From contig CAWGXN010000001.1 of NCBI GenBank assembly GCA_963826605.1, forward strand, positions 1,769,440 to 1,833,439: a DNA stretch of 64,000 bases, read 5' to 3'. Positions 1 through 10,296 of the stretch are shown here, piece after piece. The notes under the pieces were generated by a model. The model ran no database searches. It had not been told where the DNA came from and saw nothing but the letters and a program-made list of their open reading frames with translations. The stretch is from an uncultured Alphaproteobacteria bacterium. Lineage in GTDB: Bacteria; Pseudomonadota; Alphaproteobacteria; MPNO01; DASWLB01. Both the position numbers and the translations under genes were made by a program. Within the stretch, counting starts at the first letter, position 1. Each line of letters opens with the position of its first letter.

Positions 1-1
1 C

Positions 2-364
2 TTCGTGCACGTCACCGACGTCGCGCGTGCCTTCCGCCGCGCGCTGGAGGCGAGCGAAGTCACCGGCGTCTCGCTCAATGTCGGCAGCGGCGAGAACCGC
101 ACCGTCGCCGAGATCGCGCGCGAGATGGCCGCGCTGATGGGCGTGCCCCACCTCGCCCCGCAGATCGCCGGGCGCTACCGCACCGGCGACATCCGCCACT
201 GCTTCGCCGACATCGAGGCGGCGGACCGGACGCTCGGCCACCGCCCGCGCGTCGCGCTGGAGGACGGGCTCGCCGACCTCGTCGGGTGGCTGGAGGGCCA
301 GATCGCGACCGACCGCGTCGACAGCGCGACCGAGGAGCTGGCGCGCCGCGGGCTGGTGGCGTGA
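2..364 (+). CDS. NAD-dependent epimerase/dehydratase family protein, C-terminal part (N-terminus lies upstream of the window)
   Basis: The ORF is open from the window edge. Its C-terminal sequence (..GDIRHCFADI..LEDGL..) is typical of extended-SDR sugar epimerases. Stop TGA 362-364 overlaps the next ATG (ATGA). Confidence 0.7.
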   Translation, partial: FVHVTDVARAFRRALEASEVTGVSLNVGSGENRTVAEIAREMAALMGVPHLAPQIAGRYRTGDIRHCFADIEAADRTLGHRPRVALEDGLADLVGWLEGQIATDRVDSATEELARRGLVA

Positions 365-1425
365 TGCGGGACGGCACCGAACCCGACACCGGCATGCCCC
401 GCCGCCTTGGCCCGGGCCGGCCGTGGGGCGTGGTCGAATGGCTGCGGCCGGGAGAGCACGAGCGCGCGCTCGCGATGATCGACGCGCTGGCCGAAGCGGG
501 CATCGAGCGGCTGCGCTTCGGCGTCTCGTGGGCCGACTGGCACACGACGGAAGGTCCGGACTGGTACGGCTGGCTGATCCCCCGGCTCGCCCGCGGGCTC
601 GATCTCCTGCCTTGCTTCCACTACACCCCGCCGTCGCTGAGCCTCGACGGCACCAGCTCGGGACCGCCGCGCGACCCGAAATCCTTCGCCGACTTCCTGG
701 ACGTGTTCGTCACCGCGCATGGCCGGCATTTCGAATGGGTCGAGCTGTGGAACGAGCCGAACAACCTGAACGACTGGAACTGGCACCTCGATAACGGCTG
801 GAAAATCTTCGCCGAGATGGCCGGCGGCGCTGCGTACTGGATGAAGCGCCGCGGCAAGCGCACAGCGCTCGCCGGGATGTGTCCGACCGATCCGAACTGG
901 CTCGCGCTCATGTGCCAGGCCGGCGTGATCCAGTATTGCGACGCCGTAGGGGTGCACGGCTTTCCCGAGACCTGGAACCCGCACTGGAAGGGCTGGGACC
1001 ACGAGATCGGCCGCGTCCGCGAGGTTCTGGCGCGCAACGGCTGCACGCCGGAGGTATGGATCACCGAGACCGGCCATTCCACCCTGCGCCACGACGAGGG
1101 CCGCCAGCTTTCGCTGTTCCTGCGCGCGCTCGCGGCGCCGGCGGAACGCGTCTACTGGTATTCCTGGCAGGACCTCGATCCCGAGCTCGACAGCCAGGAA
1201 GGCTTTCACTTCGACGAGCGGCACTACCACACAGGGCTGGTGCGGGCCGACGGCCGGCCGAAGCTCCTGTACCGCGCGCTGGCGTCGGGCGGGATCGACG
1301 GCGCACGCCGGCTCGAGCGCACGATCACCGCCGCTCCGGCCGTGCACGGCGCGCGGCCCGGCCGTGCTGGTGACCGGCGGGGCCGGCTTCCTCGGCAGCA
1401 ACATCGCCGCCCGCCTCGCCGATAA
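364..1425 (+). CDS. clan GH-A (TIM-barrel) glycoside hydrolase-like protein
   Basis: ATG 364 overlaps the upstream stop. WNEPNN (NEP acid/base) and WITETG (nucleophile Glu) motifs are present. The last ~60 nt overlap the next gene, so the true 3' end is uncertain. Confidence 0.7.
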   Translation: MRDGTEPDTGMPRRLGPGRPWGVVEWLRPGEHERALAMIDALAEAGIERLRFGVSWADWHTTEGPDWYGWLIPRLARGLDLLPCFHYTPPSLSLDGTSSGPPRDPKSFADFLDVFVTAHGRHFEWVELWNEPNNLNDWNWHLDNGWKIFAEMAGGAAYWMKRRGKRTALAGMCPTDPNWLALMCQAGVIQYCDAVGVHGFPETWNPHWKGWDHEIGRVREVLARNGCTPEVWITETGHSTLRHDEGRQLSLFLRALAAPAERVYWYSWQDLDPELDSQEGFHFDERHYHTGLVRADGRPKLLYRALASGGIDGARRLERTITAAPAVHGARPGRAGDRRGRLPRQQHRRPPRR

Positions 1426-2452
1426 CGGCGAGCGGGTGATCCTGTTCGACAATTTGGCGCGCAACCGCGTCGAGGAGAACGTGGAATGGCTGCGTGCGCG
1501 CCACCCCGCGCGCATCGCGGTCGAGATCGGCGACGTGCGCGACCCCCATGCCGTCCGGGAGGTGGCGCGCGACGCCTCCGCCGTGGTCCATCTCGCGGCC
1601 CAGGTGGCGGTGACGACCAGCCTGGATTCGCCGGTCGAGGATTTCGAGATCAACGCGCGCGGCACGCTCAACCTGCTGGAAGCGCTGCGCCGCCGGCCGA
1701 CGCCACCGCCGGTGCTGTTCGCCTCGACCAACAAGGTCTACGGCGCGCTGCTCGACGAGGGGACCTGCACGCGCCGCGGCGGGCACTACCTGCCGACCGA
1801 CCCCGCCCTCGCCCGCGGCGGGGTGGACGAGCGGCGCGCCCTGGATCTGCGCACGCCCTATGGCTGCTCCAAGGGCATCGCCGACCAGTACATGCTCGAT
1901 TTCGCCCGCACGTTCGGCGTGCCCGCCACCGTGTTCCGCATGAGCTGCCTCTACGGCCCGCGCCAGTTCGGCACCGAGGACCAGGGCTGGGTGGCGCATT
2001 TCCTGATCTCGGCGCTGGCCGGCCGGCCGGTGACCATCTACGGCGATGGCTGCCAGGTGCGCGACGTGCTCTATGCCGACGACGTGGTGGCCGCGTACCT
2101 GGCCGCGCTCGCCAACCCGGGCGCGGTCGCCGGGCGCGCCTTCAACCTGGGCGGCGGCACCGCCAACGCGATCAGCCTGCGCGACCTGGTCGGCTGGATC
2201 CGCGAGATGACCGGCCGCGCGCCCGAGATCGACTACGCCGACTGGCGGCCGGGCGACCAGGTCTGGTACGCGTCGGACACGGGGCGGTTCCAGGCCGCCA
2301 CCGGCTGGCGCCCCAAGGTGGCGGCGCGCACCGGCATCCGCATGCTGCACGACTGGCTGGTGCATGGCGAGGTCGGCGCCGTGGCACCCGGCCCGGCCGC
2401 GCCCGTGTCCGAAGTGGCCGCCCTGCCCGAGGCGCCGGGGAAGGTGGCATGA
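1364..2452 (+). CDS. NAD-dependent epimerase/dehydratase (extended SDR, CDP/UDP-sugar epimerase-like)
   Basis: GTG start at 1364. TGGAGFLGS Rossmann motif and YGCSK (YxxxK) catalytic motif. 362 codons. Confidence 0.85.
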   Translation: MLVTGGAGFLGSNIAARLADNGERVILFDNLARNRVEENVEWLRARHPARIAVEIGDVRDPHAVREVARDASAVVHLAAQVAVTTSLDSPVEDFEINARGTLNLLEALRRRPTPPPVLFASTNKVYGALLDEGTCTRRGGHYLPTDPALARGGVDERRALDLRTPYGCSKGIADQYMLDFARTFGVPATVFRMSCLYGPRQFGTEDQGWVAHFLISALAGRPVTIYGDGCQVRDVLYADDVVAAYLAALANPGAVAGRAFNLGGGTANAISLRDLVGWIREMTGRAPEIDYADWRPGDQVWYASDTGRFQAATGWRPKVAARTGIRMLHDWLVHGEVGAVAPGPAAPVSEVAALPEAPGKVA

Positions 2453-3729
2453 GGGTCGCGCTGGTCAATCCCGACTGGACGTTCGGGCGCAGCATCTATT
2501 TCGGCTGTCACGAACGGCATTTGCCGCTCGAGTTCGGCTGTGCCCGCGCGCTTCTGGAGCGGGCCGGCCACTCCGTCGAGCTGGTCGACGCGCACGCCGA
2601 GGGGCTGGACGAGGCCGCCGTCGCCGACCGCGTCGCGGCGTTCCGGCCCGAGATGACGGTCGTGACCACTGCGCCGACCTACCTGTTCTGGCGCTGCCCG
2701 CCGCCCGAGTTGCGCGTGCCTCAGGCGACCGTGGCCGCGCTGCGCGAGGTCGGCGGGCTGCTCGTCGCCGTCGGGCCGCACGGCTCGACGACGCCGGAGC
2801 CGGTGCTCGCCAAGCTCGGCGTCGACGTCCTCGTGATGGGCGAGTGCGAGGAGACGCTGGTTGCGCTGGCCAACCGCGCGCCGGCGATCGAGGGCATCTG
2901 CTTCAAGCGCGACGGCCGTATCGAGCGGCGCGGCGGACCGCAGGCGACGAACTTCGCCGAACTGCCGGCGCTGCGCTGGACCGACGCGGAGATCGCGCGC
3001 CACGGCCACCATCACCATCGCTTCGATACGGAGCCCGCCGCCCCCGGCGCCGAAGTCGAGGCGTCGCGCGGCTGCCCCTATCACTGCTCGTTCTGCGCCA
3101 AGGAGAATTTCCGCGACGCCTATCGCCGCCGCCCGGTCGCGACCGTGATGGACGAGATCGCGGCGCTGCAGCGCCAGGGCGTCGAGTACGTCTATTTCAT
3201 CGACGAGATCTTCCTGCCCAACCGGCCGCTCCTGCGCGCCCTCGTCGGACGCGGCCTCAAGTTCGGCGTGCAAACCCGGCTCGACCTGTGGAAGCCGGAC
3301 ACGATCGAGTTGCTGGGCCAAGCGGGGTGCGTCTCGATCGAGGCGGGCGTCGAAAGCCTGAGCGCCGCCGGCCGCGACTGGCTGGCGAAGGACTGCCGCA
3401 TCGACACCGAGGCGCTGACCGGCCTGCTGATCGAGGCCAAGCGTCACGTGCCCTTCGTGCAGGCCAACCTGATCCTGACGCCCGAGGACGATTCCGACGA
3501 GATCGCCGCCTGGCGCGCGCGCGTGCGCGCCCACGGTATCTGGGCGAACGACCCGGTGCCGCTGTTCCCCTACCCCGGCACGCCGGACTATCGCCGGCTG
3601 TGGGGCCACCCCGACGACCAAGCGTGGGAGCGCGCAGTCAATCACTACCGCGCCCATTTCGGCCGGTTCAGCGACATCCAGGACGAGGCGCCGGCGCCCC
3701 TCGCCGAGCTGGAGCGCCCGGTTCCATGA
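2449..3729 (+). CDS. B12-binding domain / radical SAM protein
   Basis: ATG 2449 overlaps the upstream TGA (ATGA). The N-terminal region is B12-binding-like (..VVTTAPTYLFW..). CPYHCSFC is a CX3CX2C radical SAM cluster motif. Confidence 0.9.
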   Translation: MRVALVNPDWTFGRSIYFGCHERHLPLEFGCARALLERAGHSVELVDAHAEGLDEAAVADRVAAFRPEMTVVTTAPTYLFWRCPPPELRVPQATVAALREVGGLLVAVGPHGSTTPEPVLAKLGVDVLVMGECEETLVALANRAPAIEGICFKRDGRIERRGGPQATNFAELPALRWTDAEIARHGHHHHRFDTEPAAPGAEVEASRGCPYHCSFCAKENFRDAYRRRPVATVMDEIAALQRQGVEYVYFIDEIFLPNRPLLRALVGRGLKFGVQTRLDLWKPDTIELLGQAGCVSIEAGVESLSAAGRDWLAKDCRIDTEALTGLLIEAKRHVPFVQANLILTPEDDSDEIAAWRARVRAHGIWANDPVPLFPYPGTPDYRRLWGHPDDQAWERAVNHYRAHFGRFSDIQDEAPAPLAELERPVP

Positions 3730-4861
3730 GGCGCGACCCGGCCCCGCCGCCGCGGCGCGTCCTGATGACGGCGGATGCGGTCGGCGGGGTGTGGAGCTAC
3801 GCGATCGAGCTGGCGCGCGGGCTGTGCGACCGCGGCACGCAGGTGGTGCTGGCCGTGCTCGGCCCGGCCCCCTCGCCGGCGCAGCGTACCGAGGCCGCCG
3901 GAATCGACGGGCTTTCCATCGAGACACATCCGGGCCGGCTCGAATGGATGCGGGGGAGCGAGGCCGACCGCGCCGGTCAGGGCGACTGGCTGCTGGGGAT
4001 CGAGCGCCGCTTCCGGCCCGAGCTGGTGCATCTCAACGGCTACGGTCACGCGGCGCTTCCGTGGCGCGCCCCCACATTGGTCGTCGGCCATTCCTGCGTC
4101 GCGTCGTGGTGGCGCGCCTGCCGCGGCTGGGAGGCGCCGGCGGAATGGGAAGCCTATCGCCGGCACGTCGCCGACGGCATCGCCGCCGCCGGGATGCTGG
4201 TGGCGCCGACCCGCGCCTTCCTGGCCGAGCTGGCGGCGCTGTACGGCGCGCCGCGCCGCAGCGCGGTCATTCCCAACGGCCGCGACGGGCGGTGCTTTCC
4301 GCCGCTGGCGAAGCGGCGCTACGTATTCGGCTGCGGCCGCGTGTGGGACGAGTCGAAGAACCTCCGGGCCCTGGCCGAGGCCGCCGGCGCGGTGCCCTGG
4401 CCGGTGCTGGTCGCGGGCGAGCTGTCGCCGCCGGAGGGCAGCGCTGGCGACCCCGCCGCCGGACGACGTGGCCTGGCTCGGCGCGCGGCCGGCCGCCGAC
4501 GTCGCCCGCTGGATGGGGGAGGCGGCGATCTTCGCGCACCCGGCGCGCTACGAGCCGTTCGGCCTTGCCGTGCTGGAGGCCGCCATGGCCGGCTGCGCGC
4601 TCGTGCTGGGCGACATCCCGACCCTGCGCGAGCTGTGGGACGGCGCGGCCGTGTTCGTCGCGCCCGGCCGGCCCGATCGGCTGGGCGAGGCGCTGGCGGC
4701 GCTGGCGGCGGACGAAGCCGGCTGCCGCGCCCTGGGCGAGGCGCGCGCGGCTGCACGCACGGCGCTACTCCGCGCCGCGCATGGTCGATAGCTATTGCGA
4801 TGCCTATGCCGCCCTCACCGGCGGGCCCAGCCCGGCGCGGCGTCTGGAGCCGGCGCTGTGA
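3726..4861 (+). pseudogene. GT-B glycosyltransferase (family 4/1 type) with two apparent +1 frameshifts
   Basis: ATG 3726 overlaps the rSAM stop. The protein continues across three frames: ..ADAVGGVWSYAIELARGL.., then ..ARYEPFGLAVLEAAMAGCALV.. (GT1/GT4 E-x7-E region), then ..RYSAPRMVDSYCDAYAAL... Shifts lie near 4436-4455 and 4750-4768. Length is 2 mod 3. Confidence 0.7.
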
Positions 4862-5992
4862 GGATCGCGCTGTTCTGCCACTCCATCCTCTCGGACTGGA
4901 ACCACGGCAACGCGCACTTCATGCGCGGCATCGCGGGCGAGCTCATGCGGCGCGGCCATGATCTCGCGATCTTCGAGCCCGCCGACGGGTGGAGCCGGCA
5001 GAACCTGCTGGCCGACCAGGGGCCCGCCGCGCTCGCCGACGTCCAGCTGCGCTTCCCCCATCTCAAGCCGCGGCTCTACGACCCGGAGACGCTCGACCTC
5101 GACGCGGCGCTCGACGGCATCGACCTGGTGCTGGTCCACGAATGGACCGACCCGGCCCTCGCCTGCGCCATCGGCCGCCGGCGCGCCCGCGGCGGACGCT
5201 TCGTCCTTCTGTTCCACGACACGCACCACCGCGCGGTGACCGCGCCGCACGAGCTCGACGCGATGGGTATCTCGGATTACGACGGGGTGCTCGCCTTCGG
5301 CGCGGTGCTCGCCGCCGCCCATGCCGCGCGCGGCTGGGGCCGGCGCGTCTGGTGCTGGCACGAGGCCGCCGATATCGAAGTGTTCCATGCGGGGCCCGAA
5401 CCGCGCGTCGGCGCGGCGCGGGCTGGTGTGGGTCGGCAATTGGGGCGACGGCGAGCGCAGCCGCGAGCTGCGCGAGTTCCTGATCGAGCCGGTGCGGGCG
5501 CTGGGCCTTTCCGCACGGGTGCACGGCGTGCGCTACCCGCGCCACGCGCGCGAGCTGTTGCGCCGCCAGGGCATCGGGTATGCGGGCTGGGTCGCCAACC
5601 ACCGCGTCCCCGAGGCATTCGCCGCGCACCGCGTGACGGTTCACGTGCCGCGGCGGCCCTATGTGCGGGCCCTGCCCGGTATCCCCACCATCCGCGTATT
5701 CGAGGCGCTGGCCTGTGGCATCCCGCTGGTCTCGGCGCCATGGTTCGACGTCGAGGGGCTGTTCGCCCCGGGCGATTATCTCCACGCGCGCAACGGCAGC
5801 GAGATGCGGGCGGCGCTGGCCCAGGTCGCGGCCGACGACGCCCTCGCCGACGAGCTCGCCGCCAACGGGCAGCGCACGATCCGCGCCCGCCACACCTGCG
5901 GCCACCGCGTGGACGAGCTGATGGACATCCTGTCCGCCCTGGGGCGCGAGACGTCAGATCGCCCCGTTGAAACCGCCGGGAGCCTCGCCTGA
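4858..5992 (+). pseudogene. CgeB-like (DUF3880-type) glycosyltransferase-like protein, paralog 1, apparent +1 frameshift
   Basis: GTG 4858 overlaps the upstream TGA (GTGA). The N-terminus VRIALFCHSILSDWNHGNAHFMRG is paralogous to the next two genes. The frame switches near 5400-5432 to ..LVWVGNWGDGERS..FEALACGIPLVS... Length is 1 mod 3. Confidence 0.7.
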
Positions 5993-7078
5993 TGCGCATC
6001 GCCTTCTTCGGGTCGAGCCTGGTCTCCGCCTACTGGAACGGCGCCGCCACCTATTACCGGGGGCTGCTGCGCGCGCTGGCGGGGCGCGGCCACGCCATCA
6101 CCTTCTTCGAGCCAGACGCGTTCGAGCGCCAGAAGCATCGCGACATGCCGGACCCGGACTGGGCGCGGGTCGTGGTCTTCGCGCCGACCGAGGACGGCGA
6201 TGGCCCGGGCGCTGGACGAGGCGAAGTCCGCCGACATGATCGTGAAGGCGTCGGGCGTCGGCGTGCTCGACGCCGCGCTGGAAAAGGCGGTGGTGGCGCT
6301 GCGCGCGCCGCACCGCGCTGCGATCTTCTGGGACGTCGACGCGCCGGCGACGCTGGAATCGGTGGCCGCCGATCCCGACGACCCGCTGCGCGAGCTGATC
6401 CCGCGCTTCGACCGGGTGCTGACCTATGGCGGCGGCGAGCCGGTCTGCCGCGCCTATCGCGCGCTGGGCGCGCGCGCCTGCACGCCGGTCTACAACGCGG
6501 TCGACCCCGACACGCACTATCCGGTGCCGCCTCATGTCGGATTCGCCTGCGACCTCGCCTTCGTCGGCAACCGCCTGCCCGACCGCGAAGCCCGCGTCGG
6601 CGCCTTCCTGTTCGAGGCCGCCCGGCGCCTGCCCGCCCAGTCGTTCCTGCTCGGCGGAAATGGCTGGCCGGGCAGCGCGATGCCGCCGAACGTGCGCGCC
6701 ATCGGCCACGTCTTCACCCGCGACCACAACGTGATCAACTGCTCGGCGCGCGCGGTCCTGAACATCAACCGCAACTCGATGGCGCGGTTCGGCTTCTCGC
6801 CGCCGACGCGCATTTTCGAGGCGGCCGGCGCGGGCGCGTGCATCGTCACCGACGCGTGGGAGGGCATCGAAACGTTCCTGGAGCCCGGGCGCGAGGTGCT
6901 GATTGCCGCTGACGGCGCCGAGCTGGCGGCGCATCTCGATCGGCTCACTTTGCCCGACGCCGCCGCGATCGGCCGCGCCGCGCTGCGCCGCGTGCTGGCG
7001 CACCACACCTATGCCCATCGCGCCGCACTGGTCGAGACGCTGCTCGACGGGCGCGAAAAGGTCTCGGCGGCGGAATGA
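5992..7078 (+). pseudogene. CgeB-like glycosyltransferase-like protein, paralog 2, apparent +1 frameshift
   Basis: ATG 5992 overlaps the upstream TGA by 1 nt. N-terminus MRIAFFGSSLVSAYWNGAATYYRG. The frame switches near 6190-6202 to ..ARALDEAKSADMIVKASG..FEAAGAGACIVTD... Length is 1 mod 3. Confidence 0.7.
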
Positions 7079-8152
7079 GGCTGGGCATCGTCATCTGCGG
7101 CCTCTCGATCACCTCGTCCTGGGGCAACGGCCACGCGACCACCTATCGCGGGCTGGTCCGCGAGCTGGCGCGGCGCGGCCACGAGGTGACGTTCCTCGAG
7201 CGCGATCAGGAGTGGTACGCGCGGAACCGCGACCTTCCCGACCCGCCCTATGGCCGCACGCATCTCTATGGCTCGGTGGACGAGCTGCGCGACCGGTTCG
7301 CCGGGCTGGTGCGCGACGCCGACCTTGTCATCGTCGGGTCCTACGTGCCCGACGGAATCGCCGTCGGCGAATGGGTCTGCGCCACCGCCCGGGGCACGAC
7401 CGCGTTCTACGACATCGACACGCCGATCACCGTCGCCTCCCTCGCGACCGGGGACTGCGCCTATCTTTCGCGCGCGCTGGTGCCGCGCTACGACCTTTAC
7501 CTCTCGTTCACCGGCGGGCCCATGCTCAGACGCATCGAGCGCGGCTTCGGCGCAAGGCGCGCCGCCGCGCTCTACTGCGCGGTCGATCCCGAGCTGCATT
7601 ATCCCGAGCCCGCCGAGAAGCGCTGGAAGCTCGGCTATCTCGGCACCTACAGCGCCGACCGCCAGCCCGGGCTCGAAGCCTTGCTGCTCGGCCCGGCGCG
7701 CGCGCGGCCCCGGGACGCGTTCGTCGTGGGCGGACCGCAATATCCGGCGGAGGTCGCGTGGCCGGCCAACGTGGCACGCATCGACCACGTGGCGCCCGAC
7801 GCGCACCGCGCCTTCTATTCCGCCCAGTGTTTCACGTTGAACATCACCCGCCGGGCGATGACAGCGGCGGGCTGGTCGCCCAGCGTGCGGCTGTTCGAGG
7901 CGGCGGCGTGCGGCGTCCCCATCGTCAGCGACCGGTGGGACGGCATCGAACAATTCTTCACGCCGGGCGAGGACATCCTGCTTGCCCGCGACACGCGCGG
8001 AGATGGTGGCCATACTGGACGGCGTCGGGCCGGTGCGGCGCGCCGCGATCGCGGAGTCTGCCCGCCGGCGCGTGCTGGCCGAACACACGGCAGCGAACCG
8101 CGCCGCCGAGCTCGAGGCGCTGGCGCTCGGCCGCGCCCCCGTGCGGGCGTAG
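7075..8152 (+). pseudogene. CgeB-like glycosyltransferase-like protein, paralog 3, apparent +1 frameshift
   Basis: ATG 7075 overlaps the upstream TGA (ATGA). N-terminus MRLGIVICGLSITSSWGNGHATTYRG; ..FEAAACGVPIVSD... The frame switches at the GG run 7999-8000 to EMVAILDGVGPVRRAAIAESARRRVLAEH.., ending at TAG 8150-8152. Confidence 0.7.
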
Positions 8153-8157
8153 GCCCC

Positions 8158-8955
8158 GTGGCCCGGCACCAGGACGGCCCGGCCCCGCGCGACCCCGTCG
8201 CCGCGCTCGGCCCGTGGTTCCAGAACCTGCACCTGCCCGACGGGCGCGAGACGCGGCCCGACCACCCGTTCGGCGACTTCCCGGCATGGAAGTGGCGCGA
8301 GATCGCGCCGCATCTGCCGGCCGACCTCGCCGGCTGGCGCGCCCTGGAGATCGGCTGCAACGCCGGGTTCTACGGTTTCGAGCTGGCGCGGCGCGGCGCC
8401 GAGGTGACGGGCATCGATTGCGACGCGCACTATTTGCGCCAGGCGCGCTGGGCGGCGCGCCAGTTCGGTCTCGCCGGGCAGGTGCGGTTCCAGCGCCGCC
8501 AGATCCACAGCCTGGCGCGCGCGCAGGCACGCTACGACCTGGTCTTCTTCATGGGCGTGGCCTACCACCTGCGCTACCCGATGCTGGCGCTCGATACGGT
8601 GGCGCGGCTGCGGCCCCGGCTGATGGTATTCCAGACCATGACGGTACCGGGCGAGCCCGCCGGCGCGCCGGCCGCGCCCGAGCAGCTCGACTTCCAGACC
8701 CGCAACGCGATGGCGCAACCGGGCTGGCCGCGCCTCAGCTTCGTCGAAGGCGACTTCGCCGGCGACCCGACCGTGTGGTGGGCGGCCAACGACGCCGCGG
8801 TGGAGGCGATGCTGCGCGCCGCAGGGTTCCGCGTCGTCGCCCGGCCGGGGCACGAGATCTATGTCTGCGGCCCGGCCGAGACGGTACACGATTTCGGCCG
8901 CGCGGAGGAATGGTCAGCCGCGACCGGGCGGCGGTGGAACGCCGCCGGCCGCTGA
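8158..8955 (+). CDS. class I SAM-dependent methyltransferase
   Basis: GTG 8158 lies 5 nt after the upstream stop. LEIGCNAGFYGFELARRGA is SAM-binding motif I. It shares the long 7075..8955 frame but is separated from the CgeB-like gene by that gene's frameshifted stop. Confidence 0.85.
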   Translation: MARHQDGPAPRDPVAALGPWFQNLHLPDGRETRPDHPFGDFPAWKWREIAPHLPADLAGWRALEIGCNAGFYGFELARRGAEVTGIDCDAHYLRQARWAARQFGLAGQVRFQRRQIHSLARAQARYDLVFFMGVAYHLRYPMLALDTVARLRPRLMVFQTMTVPGEPAGAPAAPEQLDFQTRNAMAQPGWPRLSFVEGDFAGDPTVWWAANDAAVEAMLRAAGFRVVARPGHEIYVCGPAETVHDFGRAEEWSAATGRRWNAAGR

Positions 8956-8976
8956 CCGGCCTGCCGGCTACGGCCT

Positions 8977-9258
8977 TTAGTCGCCGCGTCGCACCAGCTT
9001 GAAGAACCGGCTGGTGTCGCCGCCCTGGGTGCGGTCCTGGTAGAGGAAGGCGAGCTGGCTTTCCTCGAACTTGTCGAAGAACTCGTCCCACGAGATCGGC
9101 TCCAGCCCTTCCTCCGGCTCGTCGAAATCGATCCTGAGGATGCCGGCGTCGTCGGCCGCATGCGTCGCCGCGACCGCGGCGGGCTTGCCGCCGCGGGATT
9201 CGGCCCAGCGCCGGATGGTGTCGTGGTCGGTGGTCGTCTGCGCTTCGTGCGTCGCCAT
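8977..9258 (-). CDS. small conserved hypothetical protein (93 aa), probable general-stress regulon member
   Basis: Clean 93-codon ORF. GGAG sits 7 nt upstream of the ATG, and an EcfG-like promoter lies upstream. Acidic C-terminal half. Confidence 0.6.
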   Translation of the reverse strand: MATHEAQTTTDHDTIRRWAESRGGKPAAVAATHAADDAGILRIDFDEPEEGLEPISWDEFFDKFEESQLAFLYQDRTQGGDTSRFFKLVRRGD

Positions 9259-9290
9259 GATTCCGCTCCGCGATGTTGCCTTTCCTGCGA

Positions 9291-9315
9291 AACGGCGGGG
9301 CCGCGGGCAGGTTCT
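9291..9315 (-). promoter_or_regulatory. sigma-EcfG-type promoter candidate (AGAAC-N16-CGTT)
   Basis: The minus-strand sense reads cAGAAC-ctgcccgcggccccgc-CGTT, ending 32 nt upstream of ATG 9258. Confidence 0.5.
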
Positions 9316-9369
9316 GTGATTTCGGCGCGCGGGGTGCGGCCCGGACGGGACCGCCCCCCGTCGCCGCCG

Positions 9370-10260
9370 CTACTCGGCCGAACCCGCGACCCGGCCGCTG
9401 CCGAGATCGGCGCCGGTCGTCGGCTGGGAGTCCTCGTCCGACTTGGTGCGCTTGGCGAGCGCGTCGAGTATCTTCTTCTCGGCGCTGTTGAGCTTGACCG
9501 TCGCCGAACCGTCGCCGCCATCGACCGCCGCCTGCTCGTCGCGGTCGGAGACGTAGTCCCATTCCGGGCCCTTGTTCCACGGGCCGCGCTGGTCGCCGTC
9601 GTCGCCCTGCGACATGTCGTAGTAGGTGTTCTCGAACTGCTTGACGCCGGGCAGCTTGCCGGGCGGGAAGTTCGCATCGATGGCGTAGAGCGCCTTCTCG
9701 AACGATTTCTGATGGGCGATCTCGCGCGTCATCAGGAAGCCGAGCGCGTCCTTGATGCCGGAATCGTCGGTGACGTTGATCAGCCGCTCATAGACGATCT
9801 TGGCGCGCGCTTCCGCCGCGATGTTCGAGCGCAGGTCGCAGGTGGGATCGCCCTTGGTGTCGACATAGGCCGCCGTCCACGGCACGCCCGCCGAATTCAC
9901 CAGGGCGGGCCCGCCGCCATAGAGGAGCGACAATGTGTGGCTCTCGCCGCCCTCGGTGATGGTGGCCAGCGTATCGGCGGCCGACTGCGCGCCTTCGGAG
10001 ATGCGCCCGCGCGCGCCCTTGCACAGCATGGCGACGATCGAGCCGATCACTTCGAGATGGCTGAGCTCCTCGGTGGCGATGTCGAGCAGCATGTCCTTGC
10101 GGCCCGCATCCTCGTCCGCGATGCCCTGCGTGAAATAGCGCATGGCGGCGGCCAGCTCGCCGTCCGGCCCGCCGAACTGCTCGAGCATCAGGCTGGCGAG
10201 CTTCGGGTTCGTCTCGGACACGCGCACCGTGTACATGAGACGCTTGTTGTGCATGAACAT
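9370..10260 (-). CDS. manganese (non-haem) catalase
   Basis: N-terminus MFMHNKRLMYTVRV.., EELSHLE and TREIAHQKSFEKAL di-Mn ligand regions. 296 aa. Confidence 0.9.
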   Translation of the reverse strand: MFMHNKRLMYTVRVSETNPKLASLMLEQFGGPDGELAAAMRYFTQGIADEDAGRKDMLLDIATEELSHLEVIGSIVAMLCKGARGRISEGAQSAADTLATITEGGESHTLSLLYGGGPALVNSAGVPWTAAYVDTKGDPTCDLRSNIAAEARAKIVYERLINVTDDSGIKDALGFLMTREIAHQKSFEKALYAIDANFPPGKLPGVKQFENTYYDMSQGDDGDQRGPWNKGPEWDYVSDRDEQAAVDGGDGSATVKLNSAEKKILDALAKRTKSDEDSQPTTGADLGSGRVAGSAE

Positions 10261-10296
10261 ATGTTGAGGCTCCTTCCGCGTCGGTTGCCTCTGAGC

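Noticed and set aside
175-8889. Long minus-strand ORFs (175-1734, 1325-2365, 2233-3927, 5063-5905, 6098-7018, 7009-8889) and the alternative plus-frame ORFs (1486.., 2364.., 6903..9002)
   Set aside because: All overlap the motif-bearing plus-strand operon genes and translate to Arg/Pro/Ala/Gly-rich strings. Parts of the alternative plus frames are used only where a frameshift moves the real protein into them.
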